Below, piece by piece: positions 63,031-64,000 of a stretch of 64,000 nt of DNA. Below the pieces are notes generated by a model. It was given only the letters and a program-made list of their open reading frames with translations, searched no databases and was not told the DNA's origin. Position numbers and translations under genes: made by a program. Within the stretch, counting starts at the first letter, position 1. Every line of letters starts with the position of its first letter. Source of the DNA: Marsupella aquatica (Eukaryota > Plantae > Marchantiophyta); the NCBI GenBank assembly GCA_973895155.1, contig OZ316892.1, positions 5,860,476 through 5,924,475 of the forward strand, read 5' to 3'.

Positions 63031-63939
63031 GAATGATTTGGTGCAATTAAGAAAGTAGGCTCCCAGTTTACTTCCAGACACTGAGAAAAAGCTTCTAAAA
63101 GGCCATCAAATAGAGGGAAAAGGCTTCCAAATGGATTTTGACCGACATTAGTATAAGCTGAAAAGGTTCGGTTTTCTAAAAGATAGGAGCTCAATTATTT
63201 TAGACCTCCTTCGGGGCTTAAAATGACAATTTCTCGAAATATCCTAAACACAAACGTAGACTCCAAAACCCTTGAAAAGAACAACAGAAAGAGATCAGAG
63301 CACAAATCTAGAGCCAGAGAGAGGGAGAGGGAGAGGGAGAGAGAGCAGAGAGGCAGAGGAAGAAACGAGCGAGCGGTGAAACGAAATGAGAAGAATGACC
63401 CGTTGAAGAGCAAGGAGAAGCAATATATAAAACCCTGACAGACAAAAAGGGCAATAAGACGGAATGGTTGAACTTGTGTCACGGCTAAGCTTGCGGCAAG
63501 GCTGAAGTACGGATAACAATAATGACAACACGTGTGACCGTAATAATGACTGTACGCACCCAGTAGGTTGCGTGGCAGCCTGCCTGAGCCTGCACGAGCC
63601 CTGGCACGCTTGGCACGGCCAAGGCCGACCCCCGAGGGGCTTATAGTGGCTTCAGGGGTTTTGAATTCCCCATTTTCACATTTGCCTCCTCGCCTCTTTG
63701 CCTCTTCGCCTCCTCGCGTCCCTTGCCTCCTTGCCTCTAGATCGTTTCGCGCTCTTGCCTCGAGATCGTTCTATTAGCCTCGAGATTGCAGAGGATCGAG
63801 ATTAGGGTTTTTCCTCGAGATTTTATAGGGTCAAGATTTTGTGTTTAGGCTCGAGCTTCGATAGGGTCAAGATTTTCTTTTTAGGCTCGAGATTTTTTTT
63901 AAGTTCTCAGCCCGTAGTACGTTCCTCTCATCACCAGCC

Positions 63940-64000
63940 ATGTCGACTGTTGTAGATTTCTCCAAGGAGGACTTCGCTGAGTACAACCTTGCAACCGTTG
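63940..64000 (+). CDS. Start of a possible divergent ORF (MSTVVDFSKEDFAEYNLATV...), truncated by the window
   Basis: GCCATGT context, frame open to the window end, preceded by telo-like TTAGGGTTT (63802) and a CT-rich leader. Confidence 0.35.
   Translation, partial: MSTVVDFSKEDFAEYNLATV

Larger units (their letters stand above)
56728..64000. mobile_element. Large Sola-like DDD DNA transposon, right end beyond the window
   Basis: Begins GGGGGTCTCACTTCGCG exactly where the Harbinger ORF1 exon breaks. Contains repeat arrays, the transposase pseudogene and palindromic iterons. The left boundary is inferred. Confidence 0.55.

Overview
Eukaryotic, intron-rich, TE-dense land-plant DNA. It looks bryophyte-like, but the taxon cannot be fixed from sequence alone. 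Three host genes are recognisable once spliced by hand: an 8-exon eIF2-beta (24860-27095 +), an intronless mitochondrial ATP synthase subunit f (18631-18933 -) and a short RLT/HOX-DDT-type homeodomain gene lacking DDT (37628-38836 +). A fourth spliced gene, mostly missed by the ORF track, encodes a trihelix/Myb-SANT protein (11454-9325 -) and is followed by decayed Ulp1-like protease motifs. The right end is a probable nest of two DNA transposons. A PIF/Harbinger element (~51774-56727) has an intact DDE transposase and an unexpected RPA70-C-like OB-fold ORF. It is apparently interrupted by a Sola-like DDD element (56728 to past the window end), whose broken ~1230-aa ORF fuses three CACTA Tnp1/En-Spm-like domains at the N-terminus and a BAH-like domain at the C-terminus. 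The rest is TE debris (hAT, L1, Bianca copia gag, MITE-like inverted repeats) and many short local tandem duplications. All domain calls come from motif recognition by eye, not database searches.
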